Shown: positions 28,772-38,714, counted from the stretch's first letter. The stretch is 64,000 nucleotides of DNA from a virus (IMGVR_UViG_3300021387_000529:32001-96000), one strand, 5' to 3'. Translations and numbers: made by a program. The notes: generated by a model from the sequence alone, not told the origin.

Positions 28772-30091
28772 ATGGAGGTCCCGTTTAATATGTGGGAAAT
28801 CAATGGAAAGAGAACTTCTGATGAAGCAGAAGTAATGAAAGCGTTTGGCCTTAAATATCCGCCAATGGTAAAGAGTCTTGATGACACCGACCTTTATAAG
28901 GCCAGCATGGGTCAGACATATCATCATCAGTTTGGTAATTTGAAAACAACTTGGGACTTCCGTGCCCGCAATGTTGGACTTAATTCAAAGCATCCTGAAA
29001 AATACACAAAAGAAGACATCACAGAAATCAAAAATCAGCTGCGTGCATATTGCGCACTTCGTTTTGAAGACGAAGAACTTGACTATCTTCGCAACAAATG
29101 TCCTTGGATTAAAACAGACTATCTCAACTTCTTGAAGTTCTGGCATCCAGTCTTTGAAGACTTCACAGTCGAAGAAGATGAAAAGACAGGCATTAAGCTC
29201 TCATTTGCTGGTGTACAGGAATATGTAGAGTACTACGAAATTCCTGTTCTTGAAATCTGTGCAGAAACATACTACCGCAATCACTACAATTATGATGAGC
29301 TTCTTGCAAACTACAAGAAACTCACTGAAGAAAAAATTGCCAAAATGAAAGAAGGCAACTATCACTTTGGAGCATGGTCAGAGTTTGGAGCTCGCCGCCG
29401 CCTTTCTTATGAAGCACAGGAATGGTTGATTGGCCGCCTTGCTGAAGAGAAGAAATACACTGGTCCTTTCTATGGTTTCATTGGAACTTCAAATATCCGC
29501 CTTGCCCGCATGTTCAACGTAACACCTGTTGGAACTTGTGCACATGAGTTTATCGAGTGTGTTGGACAGGGTGACCCTTCACTCAATCCTGCTTACAGCA
29601 ACAAGTTCGCAATGGAAGCTTGGATTAAAGAATACGGAGTTTGGAATGGTATCTGGTTGACTGACACAATTGGTGATGAACTTTGCCGCCGTGACATGCA
29701 GAAAACATATGCAACATTGTTCAGCGGAGTTCGTAATGACTCTGGTGACCCATTTGTTTGGGCAGACAATTGGATTGAGCACTTCAAATCACTTGGAATT
29801 GACCCGAAAACAAAGACACTTTTGTTCAGCAACAGCATCAACAGTCTTGAACTGTGGGATAAACTTTGCCGCCATGTTGAAGGCCGCGCAAAACCTGCAT
29901 TTGGAATTGGCACATATTGGTCAGGTCCTCAGGACATCGACCCTCTCAACATCGTTGCAAAAGTCGTTCTGGTAAACGGAATGGACGTTGCAAAGTTGAG
30001 CGATGACGCTGGTAAAACAATGAGCCGCAGCGCTGAGTATGTTGACTATCTCAAACGTGCACTTGACTGGCGCTTGAAGAGCGGAAAATAA
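28772..30091 (+). CDS. pncB: Nicotinate phosphoribosyltransferase
   Basis: SLDDTDLYK.SM, EFG.RRR.S, GTSN, P.GT.AHE (phospho-His), LTDT, GVR.DSGDP, FGIGT, KLSD..GK. Confidence 0.92.
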   Translation: MEVPFNMWEINGKRTSDEAEVMKAFGLKYPPMVKSLDDTDLYKASMGQTYHHQFGNLKTTWDFRARNVGLNSKHPEKYTKEDITEIKNQLRAYCALRFEDEELDYLRNKCPWIKTDYLNFLKFWHPVFEDFTVEEDEKTGIKLSFAGVQEYVEYYEIPVLEICAETYYRNHYNYDELLANYKKLTEEKIAKMKEGNYHFGAWSEFGARRRLSYEAQEWLIGRLAEEKKYTGPFYGFIGTSNIRLARMFNVTPVGTCAHEFIECVGQGDPSLNPAYSNKFAMEAWIKEYGVWNGIWLTDTIGDELCRRDMQKTYATLFSGVRNDSGDPFVWADNWIEHFKSLGIDPKTKTLLFSNSINSLELWDKLCRHVEGRAKPAFGIGTYWSGPQDIDPLNIVAKVVLVNGMDVAKLSDDAGKTMSRSAEYVDYLKRALDWRLKSGK

Positions 30092-30098
30092 AATGAAA

Positions 30099-30118
30099 AA
30101 CCGCCCTTGAGGGCGGTT
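30099..30118 (+). terminator. Hairpin/terminator after pncB
   Basis: aaccgccc-ttga-gggcggtt. Confidence 0.65.
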
Positions 30119-30142
30119 AATCTAGTTTTAAGGTGGTGAAAA

Positions 30143-30709
30143 ATGATTTTATGTATATTCTTTTTGGTTGTCTGTGGTTTGTGTTTCATTGGACAATGTA
30201 TCACATCAGATTGGTATTATTCAACTCGTGATGTTGATAAAGACATAATCAAAGATGAAGAAAACCCAAAAAAGAAACGCGAGTTGAAGATTGAAAGACT
30301 TCAGTATAAAATTTCAAGGTTTACATACTTTGTTTTTGGTGAGCTAGACTCTGATTGCATACGCGCTTGGATAGTTGGTTTAGCAGCTGTTGCTTTTGGT
30401 TTATTTTTGGTCATTGCTAAATGTACTGACTCATCTGAAATTACAAATTTTAATGCAAAATATGACTATTATGCAACTGCCATTGAGCAAGGATATATTT
30501 GGAACTCGCAGGATGACATTGTATTTGAACAAAGAAAAATTGCTGAAATGAAAGCTTGGGTTCATGAGCATCCAATCAGAACTTTCTTCAAAGTTGAAGA
30601 TGTCGATGCTTTGTATGATAAAGTCATGAAGTTTGAAATTCCTGCAATTGAAAACACAGCAAAGTATCAGTTGAATACTACACGAAATGTAATAAAAACA
30701 GAGAGGTAA
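30143..30709 (+). CDS. Hypothetical membrane protein
   Basis: Two hydrophobic segments. Confidence 0.55.
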   Translation: MILCIFFLVVCGLCFIGQCITSDWYYSTRDVDKDIIKDEENPKKKRELKIERLQYKISRFTYFVFGELDSDCIRAWIVGLAAVAFGLFLVIAKCTDSSEITNFNAKYDYYATAIEQGYIWNSQDDIVFEQRKIAEMKAWVHEHPIRTFFKVEDVDALYDKVMKFEIPAIENTAKYQLNTTRNVIKTER

Positions 30710-30716
30710 AACGCAT

Positions 30717-30965
30717 ATGAAATATGACAACAAAATTCGTAACCACATTATCTATGTAAAAGGTGGTGAAAAAGGCAATGGTTATATTGCAAGCAAACCA
30801 AATGGTGGTGACTACAAAATTACGCCGTATCTTCAGAAAGCTCGTGTTTTTAGCTCATCTGGAGCAGCCTTAAATGCAGCCAACTTTGTAGCTAAGCAGT
30901 TTGGTTTTGCATCCTACGGCAACAATCTCCAGATTATACCAGTTGTTCTGGTAGAGGTAAAATAA
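30717..30965 (+). CDS. Hypothetical protein
   Basis: GAGGT RBS. Confidence 0.55.
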   Translation: MKYDNKIRNHIIYVKGGEKGNGYIASKPNGGDYKITPYLQKARVFSSSGAALNAANFVAKQFGFASYGNNLQIIPVVLVEVK

Positions 30966-30968
30966 AAT

Positions 30969-31466
30969 ATGAGTAGCGGACTTCATAATCGATGTAAAGA
31001 ACGAGCACAGAAAAAGAGAAAGTGCCAAGCAGCATTCTATGAAAGATATTATGGTGTAGTCAAATTGATGTTCAAATATCTTCTTGAATGTGAGTATGTT
31101 CCATTGATGTTCGAAAACGAGCATGAAGTTGAGTATGAAGCTGATGAGCTCAGAAAGATTTGGAAGTCTGTTTTCAAGCTTCCGTATCTCAGTATTCGTG
31201 GAATAACTGAAAGCAGAGCGCCAATCCCATATAAGATTGTTTACAATCGTTGGAAGCGCTTTCTTAAGGAACGCTTGGTTCATTTGCGTTCATTGTATCT
31301 TATTGAAGTTATTGGATGCAGTATGCGAGATGATGTAAAAATCAATATTCGTGAATTGTATTCAGTTCATAAAGAAATCAATGAATATATAAATACACAA
31401 GTTTTGCCACAAGCTTGGGTACAAAATTACAATAAACAGGTTGACGAAAACCTGGAGGAGAAATAA
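30969..31466 (+). CDS. Hypothetical protein
   Basis: GAGGT RBS. Confidence 0.55.
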   Translation: MSSGLHNRCKERAQKKRKCQAAFYERYYGVVKLMFKYLLECEYVPLMFENEHEVEYEADELRKIWKSVFKLPYLSIRGITESRAPIPYKIVYNRWKRFLKERLVHLRSLYLIEVIGCSMRDDVKINIRELYSVHKEINEYINTQVLPQAWVQNYNKQVDENLEEK

Positions 31467-31469
31467 AAT

Positions 31470-32180
31470 ATGGCATACGAGAAGAAAACAAAAATGAGCC
31501 TTCGACAGGCAGAACTTTTCATTCGTAATGGCGGAACTTATGACAAGTTTCAGGAAAAGAACACAGCTCTCAGCGCTGGTGAGATGAAGACATTGTGGGA
31601 CTCAGCTACAAATCTTCGTGACAGCCGTGACTTCATTGATGAAGTTTCAAAGAAAGAGCGCTACGCGACTGAAGCTTTCAGATACGGTTACATTGGAAAG
31701 ACTGTAACAGACCAGAACGGAAACACATATGTGCAGACAAATCGTGGTTCACATTATGGTTACATTGCTGCAGTTTACGATGAAAAGACAAAACGCATTT
31801 TCGCAGGTTTCACATATATCTCAGAAGATGAAAAATATGTTCATCCTGTGATCGGTCAGGCAATCGCTCTCAAACGCGCAATTGAAGCCCGTAAAGCTGG
31901 TGATTTCGACATCGACAACACAGAATGGAGCAAGCCTTATCTTCGCAATTCTGATGAGCTTCAGTTCAACCACTTCAAAGACAGAGCACGTCGCTACTTC
32001 CGCCCGGAAGAGTTCTCACATTCGCGTGGAACAAAACCAATCGAGCAGAAGCAGTTTGACGAAATACATGTTTTCCAGTATCTTGAGCTCGCTAAGAGAG
32101 CTAAGAACAAGAAAGAGTTTGGTGAGATTATGAAAAATCTTACTGAGTCTCTTACAAAGCTCAATAAAAACTTGAAATAG
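31470..32180 (+). CDS. Hypothetical protein
   Basis: GGAGG RBS, 236 aa. Confidence 0.6.
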   Translation: MAYEKKTKMSLRQAELFIRNGGTYDKFQEKNTALSAGEMKTLWDSATNLRDSRDFIDEVSKKERYATEAFRYGYIGKTVTDQNGNTYVQTNRGSHYGYIAAVYDEKTKRIFAGFTYISEDEKYVHPVIGQAIALKRAIEARKAGDFDIDNTEWSKPYLRNSDELQFNHFKDRARRYFRPEEFSHSRGTKPIEQKQFDEIHVFQYLELAKRAKNKKEFGEIMKNLTESLTKLNKNLK

Positions 32181-32189
32181 AAGTTTACG

Positions 32190-32220
32190 AATGCCACTTT
32201 TTCAAGTGGCATTTTTTTTT
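32190..32220 (+). terminator. Rho-independent terminator
   Basis: aatgccactt/aagtggcatt stem followed by a T run. Confidence 0.85.
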
Positions 32221-32247
32221 GAACTTCAGCAGCTTTTTTCATATATT
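32219..32247 (+). promoter_or_regulatory. Early promoter TTGAAC-N17-TATATT
   Basis: Recurring motif. Confidence 0.8.
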
Positions 32248-32281
32248 ATATACGTAAATCACACTTAAAATAAGAGGTAAC

Positions 32282-32533
32282 ATGATGACAAAATCAGTTG
32301 CAAAATACACATATGAAGTTGCTAAAGACGGTTCAAGAGTTGATGCCTTGGAATTAAAAGGTTCAAAAGGCAAAGCAATGACTGTTTCTGAATTGCGTGA
32401 CTTCTTGAACGAACTGGTTGAAGCTGGTTACGGAGACTATGATGTTGAAGCTGACACGCAGGATGGAGAATCATACTCAGTTCGAGATGAGGTTTTGGCT
32501 TTTGGTGTATCAAAAACAGTAAGAATATTCTAA
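32282..32533 (+). CDS. Hypothetical protein
   Basis: GAGGT RBS after the early promoter. Confidence 0.6.
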   Translation: MMTKSVAKYTYEVAKDGSRVDALELKGSKGKAMTVSELRDFLNELVEAGYGDYDVEADTQDGESYSVRDEVLAFGVSKTVRIF

Positions 32534-32541
32534 GTGAAAGT

Positions 32542-32570
32542 TTGAACTTCCTGTAAAATTTTCATATATT
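32542..32570 (+). promoter_or_regulatory. Early promoter TTGAAC-N17-TATATT
   Basis: Recurring motif. Confidence 0.8.
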
Positions 32571-32640
32571 ATATACGTAAATCAAACTTATGAAAAACTA
32601 TTTTGGAGAAGCATAAATAAAATAAAAAGGGGGCCCGATT

Positions 32641-33063
32641 ATGGGAATGACACATGTTTATGGAGTTGAGGGACTTGATGACCTTCTCGAAACAATCTTT
32701 GGAGCAAAAGAGAAAATTGCTCATGAAAATCTTGACATTGATGCTGAGAAAATCAGAAGTCATGTTCGTAAACAGCAGCCTGAGAGAGAATATGCTGACT
32801 CAGATGAGCAGCTTCTCGAAACAGCAGCTAAGTATGAGGAACTCGCAAAAGGACTTCGCCAGAAAGTTGAAGACAGACGTAAAAAGCCGCTGAAAGCTCA
32901 GTTTGATGCGGATCCTGTAAAAATCTACAAGATGGGTGAAACTTTCCTTGTTGTTCCGAGACAGTATGTTGCTGATTATGACCGCTTCCTCACAGAGAAC
33001 GGCATCACACCAATTGTTTATTCAGGAAGTCTTTTGACAGACCTTACACTTACAAGGGAGTAA
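32641..33063 (+). CDS. Hypothetical protein
   Basis: 140-aa ORF after the promoter. Confidence 0.55.
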   Translation: MGMTHVYGVEGLDDLLETIFGAKEKIAHENLDIDAEKIRSHVRKQQPEREYADSDEQLLETAAKYEELAKGLRQKVEDRRKKPLKAQFDADPVKIYKMGETFLVVPRQYVADYDRFLTENGITPIVYSGSLLTDLTLTRE

Positions 33064-33070
33064 AACCAGT

Positions 33071-33328
33071 ATGGAAGCTTGGGTAGTTGAGTTCACAGGC
33101 CGTGATAAAGGCGGCTATGCTTATGAAACAGAAAATTTCAGTTTGGTTTTTGCAAATGAAAAAGAAGCTGACCAATTTTTCGAAGACCTTCCAAAATGGT
33201 TTGAAAAGAATTGGGGCTCATTCTACGAACTTGAGAACCGCTACCCAGCTAAGAAACTTGGTTCAGCAATTTACCGTTACAATCGTGAAACAATGAAAGT
33301 TGAGCCAATTGAAGGAGACATAAAATGA
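33071..33328 (+). CDS. Hypothetical protein
   Basis: GGGAG RBS. Confidence 0.55.
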   Translation: MEAWVVEFTGRDKGGYAYETENFSLVFANEKEADQFFEDLPKWFEKNWGSFYELENRYPAKKLGSAIYRYNRETMKVEPIEGDIK

Positions 33329-33876
33329 AAATTGGAATTTTCGGTGGTACTTTTGACCCTTGGCATCTCGGACATTCTGCAATCGTGAAGAAAGCTCTTG
33401 AAAAAGTTGATAAGGTTATCATCGTTCCAACAACTGTCAACTATTACCGTGAAGACAAACGCTACCTTTTCACATTTGACGAGAAATGTGAAATCATTGA
33501 AGAGTTCCTCACAGGAATAGATGGTGCTGTTGAGATTGACACTATTGAAAAAAACAAAGATGCATCTTGGCGCACTGTTCATCTTTTGGAATATTTCAAA
33601 GAAAAATTTCCAAATGACGAATTGTATTACATCATTGGCGAAGACTCTTACAAGAACTTCAAAACCTGGTTCAGATATGAAGATATTCTTCGCTTAGCAA
33701 AATTGCTTGTTGCAAACCGCGGTTATGATGTCGTTGACCCAGAAATTCCATTTGAGCCTTTGATGCTTGGTTCAGAATTTGTTGAAAGCTCAGCTTCAAA
33801 AGTCAGACAAATGTTGATGGAAGAGCTTCGTGATATGTACATGTCTGATAAGGAATGGTATAACAGGTTAATATAA
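33325..33876 (+). CDS. nadD: Nicotinate-nucleotide adenylyltransferase
   Basis: IGIFGGTFDPWHLGH, YIIGEDS...F.TW, VANR, SAS.VR. Confidence 0.9.
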   Translation: MKIGIFGGTFDPWHLGHSAIVKKALEKVDKVIIVPTTVNYYREDKRYLFTFDEKCEIIEEFLTGIDGAVEIDTIEKNKDASWRTVHLLEYFKEKFPNDELYYIIGEDSYKNFKTWFRYEDILRLAKLLVANRGYDVVDPEIPFEPLMLGSEFVESSASKVRQMLMEELRDMYMSDKEWYNRLI

Positions 33877-33892
33877 TAAGCAGGAGATTAGA

Positions 33893-34153
33893 ATGGAAGC
33901 ATTTTATATAGATGGTTGGGCTATTCAAAATGGCGTTAATGGCGACACAAACGGAAGACGTACACTTGCTTCTAAAACCTTTGGAAAAAGCACTGCTGTT
34001 ATCGTTGAAGAAGGCAAAGATAACTATGCAGCTATAAAAGCATCAACTGACTTCAATGGAAAAGTTGATGAATACACAGTGCACTTTACACATTTTGCTG
34101 AAGCTCTGCACAGTTGTGATGAATGGCTCTACAGAAAACATAATTTGGGATAA
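33893..34153 (+). CDS. Hypothetical protein
   Basis: AGGAG RBS. Confidence 0.55.
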   Translation: MEAFYIDGWAIQNGVNGDTNGRRTLASKTFGKSTAVIVEEGKDNYAAIKASTDFNGKVDEYTVHFTHFAEALHSCDEWLYRKHNLG

Positions 34154-34158
34154 CTAAC

Positions 34159-34434
34159 ATGGCAAATTATTTTATTTTATATCAGTACAGATATACTGAA
34201 GTTTGTCCAAAAAGAGAACGCTTTGCCCATGATGAGCATGGCATTAGTCAATTTACGCGTACATTTGAAGGTTTTGCCAAAAAGGTTGTGTATTTCGGCG
34301 AAGATAGAAGCGCAACTGAATGGGAAGAACTTCTTGAGCGTCTTGAAGATGACATTGCAAAGTCTATTCTTGAAAAAGATATAGAACACCGCGACAATGT
34401 AGATGTCCAAATTATCGGAGTGTCAAAACTATAG
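34159..34434 (+). CDS. Hypothetical protein
   Basis: ORF within the operon. Confidence 0.5.
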   Translation: MANYFILYQYRYTEVCPKRERFAHDEHGISQFTRTFEGFAKKVVYFGEDRSATEWEELLERLEDDIAKSILEKDIEHRDNVDVQIIGVSKL

Positions 34435-34446
34435 CAGGAGAATAAA

Positions 34447-34980
34447 ATGAAAAAACTTAAAGAAGAGCAGCTTTTGCATACACCTGTTTTTACAGTTGTT
34501 CGAAAAGAATTTGAAGGTGTAAACTTTTCGCCGGTTGGCCTAAACTGCAATGATTGGGTTATGGTGATTGTTGTTGATAAAAATTTCAGAACTTTGGTTG
34601 TAAGGCAGACACGTTGGGGCCTTGAAGACAAGACTATCGAGTTTCCTTGTGGAACTGTTGAAGCAAATGAGCCACCTGTAACTGCTGCTATTCGTGAGTT
34701 GATGGAAGAGACTGGAATTGAGAATGTTGACACATCTGCACTTCGTGAGATTGCATGTTTCAATCCTAACCCAGCATACTTCAACAACAAGATGCACATT
34801 TACCGCTATGACATTGATGAGATGCCTTTAAAGTTTGGCGAGCAGAAACTTGACGAACATGAAGATTGCGAGCCTTTTGTTGTAAAATTGGGTCCATCTT
34901 TGTATGAGCAGCTTTCAAAACATGCAATGGGACTTGCTGCTATTGGTGCAATCACAATGAGCGGTCTTGTTGAGGTTTGA
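34447..34980 (+). CDS. Nudix hydrolase, ADP-ribose pyrophosphatase (NudF)-like
   Basis: VRQ.R...IEFPCG.VE..E.P..AA.REL.EETG, P.P, LDE.E. Confidence 0.85.
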   Translation: MKKLKEEQLLHTPVFTVVRKEFEGVNFSPVGLNCNDWVMVIVVDKNFRTLVVRQTRWGLEDKTIEFPCGTVEANEPPVTAAIRELMEETGIENVDTSALREIACFNPNPAYFNNKMHIYRYDIDEMPLKFGEQKLDEHEDCEPFVVKLGPSLYEQLSKHAMGLAAIGAITMSGLVEV

Positions 34981-35429
34981 TAACAATGTTTGTTCTATCT
35001 TCAATTGCATTTATTATCTTTGGTGTGATTTTCTTTTGTTATGGTCTGACTGGTCCAGTTTGCCAAATCCATGGAGATGAAGGACCTGTTTTTATGGCAG
35101 CCGGTGCTGTAAACATATTGTTTGGAACTATCATCGCTTTCATTGGTATTGCGTATTGCAATCATCGTGAGGAAAAAGAGACAAGCATAACCGAAGCATT
35201 TGAAGAAATTGGACAAGAAGACCCAGTTGAAGAGAAGGATGACGAATACTTCTATAACATGCTTATGGAAGATGATGAAGCTTACGAAAAATGTGTTAAA
35301 GGCTGGCAAAATCATGCTAAAACATATATACCAGTTGATGGAGAAACACTGCAAATTCCAGATGCTGTTATAGAAGATGTTATGTCTGAGCGTGAAATTG
35401 TATTTCCAAAACGAGTTGGTGAGTCTTAA
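34977..35429 (+). CDS. Hypothetical membrane protein
   Basis: Two N-terminal TM segments and an acidic tail. Confidence 0.55.
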   Translation: MITMFVLSSIAFIIFGVIFFCYGLTGPVCQIHGDEGPVFMAAGAVNILFGTIIAFIGIAYCNHREEKETSITEAFEEIGQEDPVEEKDDEYFYNMLMEDDEAYEKCVKGWQNHAKTYIPVDGETLQIPDAVIEDVMSEREIVFPKRVGES

Positions 35430-35866
35430 CAACAAAGCGCTGCTTTTTTGAGAGGACAGAAACCTATAACAAGTTTTCCGTCTTCTTCAAATTGTACAGC
35501 ATATTCGCCATTCAACTGTCCATTATCAAGTGCTTCAAGAAGATAGTCAAATGCTTCTTGAGCATGCTCACCTTTCAAATAGAAAATATTGCTAATTCCA
35601 GTCCAGCGAAGTGGCTCATCATTCTTTCCCTTAAACCAACCACGTGGCTCACCGTCTTTTACATAAGGTGCTAACACATGACGCAATATTTTTACTTGGT
35701 GAAATTTGGCTTTGTCACCAATGTAAAGATACTCATGAAAGTCATCATTGATACGAACTGAAATCCAGCCATCAAAGTTTATTGTATAGCTTTTTGCAAC
35801 TTGTGTAATTTCGTCTCGTGTAAACTTGAGCCAATTATGCTTTCTTTCCACTGTGTAATCTCCCAA
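35426..35866 (-). CDS. Hypothetical protein
   Basis: Downstream of the MTase on the minus strand. Confidence 0.55.
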   Translation of the reverse strand: MGDYTVERKHNWLKFTRDEITQVAKSYTINFDGWISVRINDDFHEYLYIGDKAKFHQVKILRHVLAPYVKDGEPRGWFKGKNDEPLRWTGISNIFYLKGEHAQEAFDYLLEALDNGQLNGEYAVQFEEDGKLVIGFCPLKKAALCC

Positions 35867-36665
35867 ACCATGTTGTTATTTTTAGATAATTTTTCTTATA
35901 GTTATCGTAGTCAAACTTAGAAATCCAATTTTGTGCTTTCTCATACATGTCGCTTTCAAGCTCACAACCAATGAAATTGCGTTCAGCTAATTGTGAAGCT
36001 ATAGCACAACTTCCACTTCCAGCGAAACCATCAAAAACAGTGTCACCTTTCTGTGATGAATTCATGATGAGAGCATATAAAAGCAAAATTGATTTTTGGC
36101 AGCTGTGTATCTGCTTCTCAGTTTTTGACAGATAATATGGCATTTTGAAATTGTATATCGTATCACTAAACTTAAATGGTGGGCGCTCAACCTCACCAGA
36201 GTAATAGTTTAAGATGTTTGTGATGTTTTCTTTGTAGTTGAATAAATCATCTATATTGTTCAACACGAAGTTGGTTGGATGTTTGGTTACCAAGATGAAG
36301 TCTTCTCTTTGGCTCTTAAACTTATTCTGTGCTCCCCTTCCTTTTTGACGACATATCGATTTCCATTGGTCAAAATGAATGTACATACCAGAGTTTTTTA
36401 CAGCTTCGATTAATTCTAATAACATAGACGGGCCAAAGAAAATCCAAGCGCTTCCATTTGATGTGAGAACACGTTTGCATTCAGTAAGATAATTTGTTAT
36501 GAGTTCAATATATTCTTTTTTAGACATTTTGTCCCAATCTGAATTTTTCATATGTGGTGAAGCATCAAAAGAAATCGCGTATGGAGGGTCTGAAACGACA
36601 AGGTTTATGCTGTTATTTGGAAGCTTTTTGAGCCTATCGAAACAGTTTTCATTATAAAATTCCAT
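35835..36665 (-). CDS. Site-specific DNA methyltransferase (N4/N6, beta class)
   Basis: VVSDPPY near the N-terminus; H.CQK; FDGFAGSGS...FIGCE. Confidence 0.9.
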   Translation of the reverse strand: MEFYNENCFDRLKKLPNNSINLVVSDPPYAISFDASPHMKNSDWDKMSKKEYIELITNYLTECKRVLTSNGSAWIFFGPSMLLELIEAVKNSGMYIHFDQWKSICRQKGRGAQNKFKSQREDFILVTKHPTNFVLNNIDDLFNYKENITNILNYYSGEVERPPFKFSDTIYNFKMPYYLSKTEKQIHSCQKSILLLYALIMNSSQKGDTVFDGFAGSGSCAIASQLAERNFIGCELESDMYEKAQNWISKFDYDNYKKNYLKITTWFGRLHSGKKA

Positions 36666-36683
36666 AGTAATTTAGTTTAAAGT

Positions 36684-36712
36684 TTGAACTTTCACTGTAT
36701 TTTTCATATATT
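36684..36712 (+). promoter_or_regulatory. Early promoter TTGAAC-N17-TATATT
   Basis: Recurring motif. Confidence 0.8.
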
Positions 36713-36735
36713 ATACATGTAAAGAGGAAAATAAA

Positions 36736-36981
36736 ATGGCAAAACCAATCACTGATGAAGAAAGAATAATCATCAAAAATTATATTGTCGACTATTCAAA
36801 AGCTTGTCCTGAAGATGACTTCAGCATCAAGCAGTTTCCAAACTTCGGTGAGCTCGATTGGTATGTTAAAAGATTTCCAGAGCTCATGGACCGCTGTATG
36901 GAAGGAGATGACGAAGTCGATAAAGTCATCGTTGAAGAAATTCAGAAATTTTTGGACGCGAGAAAAAATGGCGATATTTAA
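36736..36981 (+). CDS. Hypothetical protein
   Basis: GAGGA RBS after the promoter. Confidence 0.6.
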   Translation: MAKPITDEERIIIKNYIVDYSKACPEDDFSIKQFPNFGELDWYVKRFPELMDRCMEGDDEVDKVIVEEIQKFLDARKNGDI

Positions 36982-37168
36982 CCCACCTTACTGGTACAAC
37001 CTTTCTTGTGAGAAATGTAAACATTATGTGCCGCCTAAAATTGATGAAAACCTCAATGTTGTTCAAGGTTTTTGTAAACGTAAGTATGATGAAAAATGTC
37101 CTACTGTAGTTTACAGACTGCATAAAGTTGAAAATGATGAACTTCAAAGCTTGGGAATAAAGATATGA
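36968..37168 (+). CDS. Small Cys-rich protein
   Basis: CEKCKH...C...CP; start re-called. Confidence 0.45.
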   Translation: MAIFNPPYWYNLSCEKCKHYVPPKIDENLNVVQGFCKRKYDEKCPTVVYRLHKVENDELQSLGIKI

Positions 37169-37298
37169 AAGAATGGACATCAGTTATAAATGAAGAAAAT
37201 CTTAAAAATCCTAAATGGAACATTTATTTATATTCATTTTCTGATAGCAATGGCAACGGTTTGAGAAGGAGAAGTCATTCATTAATCTATTAAAGAAC

Positions 37299-38114
37299 AT
37301 GAAATTTGACCATATTATAATGAACCCACCTTATTCTGGTTCATTGCATCTTAAAATCCTCAGAGAAGCTATAAAACATAGTGATGATATAGTGAATTTG
37401 AGCCCAGTGGAATGGATGCTTCGTCCATTTTCTAAGAAAACATGGACTTCGCTCTTTAATAACTATTCTGTGGATATTGGCGCGCATTTGAGCACTTTGA
37501 GTATTATAACTAAAGATGACGCTGCCAAAGCATTTGATATTGGTATTGAAAGTGATCTTGGAATATATTATCTTACTAAAGAAGGCGGTTTTGACTATGC
37601 GAACTATTATAAAGAGTTTTCTAAAGAAGAACTCAAGAATATAGACCGTTTTGGAAATGGCGACAACTTAGCAGCTCATATTGTGAAATATGATGGAACA
37701 CAGAAACATTTTGTTCCACTAAGGAAAGACGCCATTATGGAAAGATGGTGGAAATATCAGCTCATAAATTATTTGGATATTATTGAGAACGGTAAAGTTT
37801 ATTCAGGCGACTATGTTGGAAAGACTATTATTGAAGCTCGTGAAGCAAATCCCCATGAAAATGGCCGCAACAATGATAGAGATACATTTGGTATTGCGTT
37901 TAATTCATTAGAAGAAGCTATAAACTTTAGAAATTGTGTGAAGTCACGGCCATATATTTGGATAATTTCATTATTTAAGAAGAGCAAACGTTTTCCAATG
38001 GAAAGGCTGCCATATTTAGGCGACTACACCCATCCATGGACAAATGACATGCTATACAAATATTTTGGCCTGACTGATGACGAAGTGAAGACTATTGAGA
38101 ATGAGGTAGAATAA
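37299..38114 (+). CDS. N6-adenine DNA methyltransferase, catalytic (motif IV)/TRD half
   Basis: Begins MKFDHIIMNPPY; has no SAM-binding motif I; ends LYKYFGLT.DE...IE. Confidence 0.75.
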   Translation: MKFDHIIMNPPYSGSLHLKILREAIKHSDDIVNLSPVEWMLRPFSKKTWTSLFNNYSVDIGAHLSTLSIITKDDAAKAFDIGIESDLGIYYLTKEGGFDYANYYKEFSKEELKNIDRFGNGDNLAAHIVKYDGTQKHFVPLRKDAIMERWWKYQLINYLDIIENGKVYSGDYVGKTIIEAREANPHENGRNNDRDTFGIAFNSLEEAINFRNCVKSRPYIWIISLFKKSKRFPMERLPYLGDYTHPWTNDMLYKYFGLTDDEVKTIENEVE

Positions 38115-38310
38115 AATGACAGTGAATGAAAAACCAAGACATAATGCTAAAGTGCGAATCCAATATATTGATAAAGGAAGAACATTTGAAGCAATAGGAT
38201 ATTACATGTTTTGTGGCGCAGACTATGGATTTGTTGCTGCAGGATTTTATATTCCAGATGAACAAATTACAAATTGGGAATATGTTACTATTTAAATGGA
38301 GGAAAAAGAA

Positions 38311-38577
38311 ATGAAAAATCACATTACGATTGAAGACATTAACGCAAAAATTGTTGACAAGAAATTCACAGTTCTTGAAGATGGCCGCACAACTATCTGC
38401 AACCTCTATCTTCAGAATGGCTTTACTGTTCGTGGTGAGAGCGCATGTGTTGCCATTGAAAACTACAACAAAGAGATTGGAGAAAAGATTGCATATGAAA
38501 ATGCAGTTGACAAAGTTTGGGAATTGGAAGGCTATCTCTTAGCTGAAGACAGGTATCGCGAGAAAGTTAATGTATAA
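38311..38577 (+). CDS. Phage Gp49/Gp66-family protein
   Basis: TIC...L.NGFTV.GESACV...NY..EIG...AY.NA..K.W.LEGY.L. Confidence 0.8.
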   Translation: MKNHITIEDINAKIVDKKFTVLEDGRTTICNLYLQNGFTVRGESACVAIENYNKEIGEKIAYENAVDKVWELEGYLLAEDRYREKVNV

Positions 38578-38582
38578 TATGT

Positions 38583-38714
38583 ATGACAATTGAAGAAGAA
38601 TACAATTCCTTTGTTGAAGAGCAGTATGCTGGAAAGTCTTTAGAAGAGCGCCAAAAATTAGGGCAGTTTTATACTCTTATTTTTAATAACTTACTAATTT
38701 TATATGAATTATAG
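38583..38714 (+). pseudogene. N-terminal remnant of an MTase SAM-binding subunit, cut by the HNH gene
   Basis: MTIEEEYNSFVEEQYAGKSLEERQKLGQFYT matches EYENWKKEQYADKTIKERQDLGAYFT of 39326-39796; similarity ends at about 38675. Confidence 0.7.

Noticed and set aside
36968-37168. NPPY in a small ORF as another MTase fragment
   Set aside because: The rest is a short Cys-rich peptide with no MTase context; probably coincidence.
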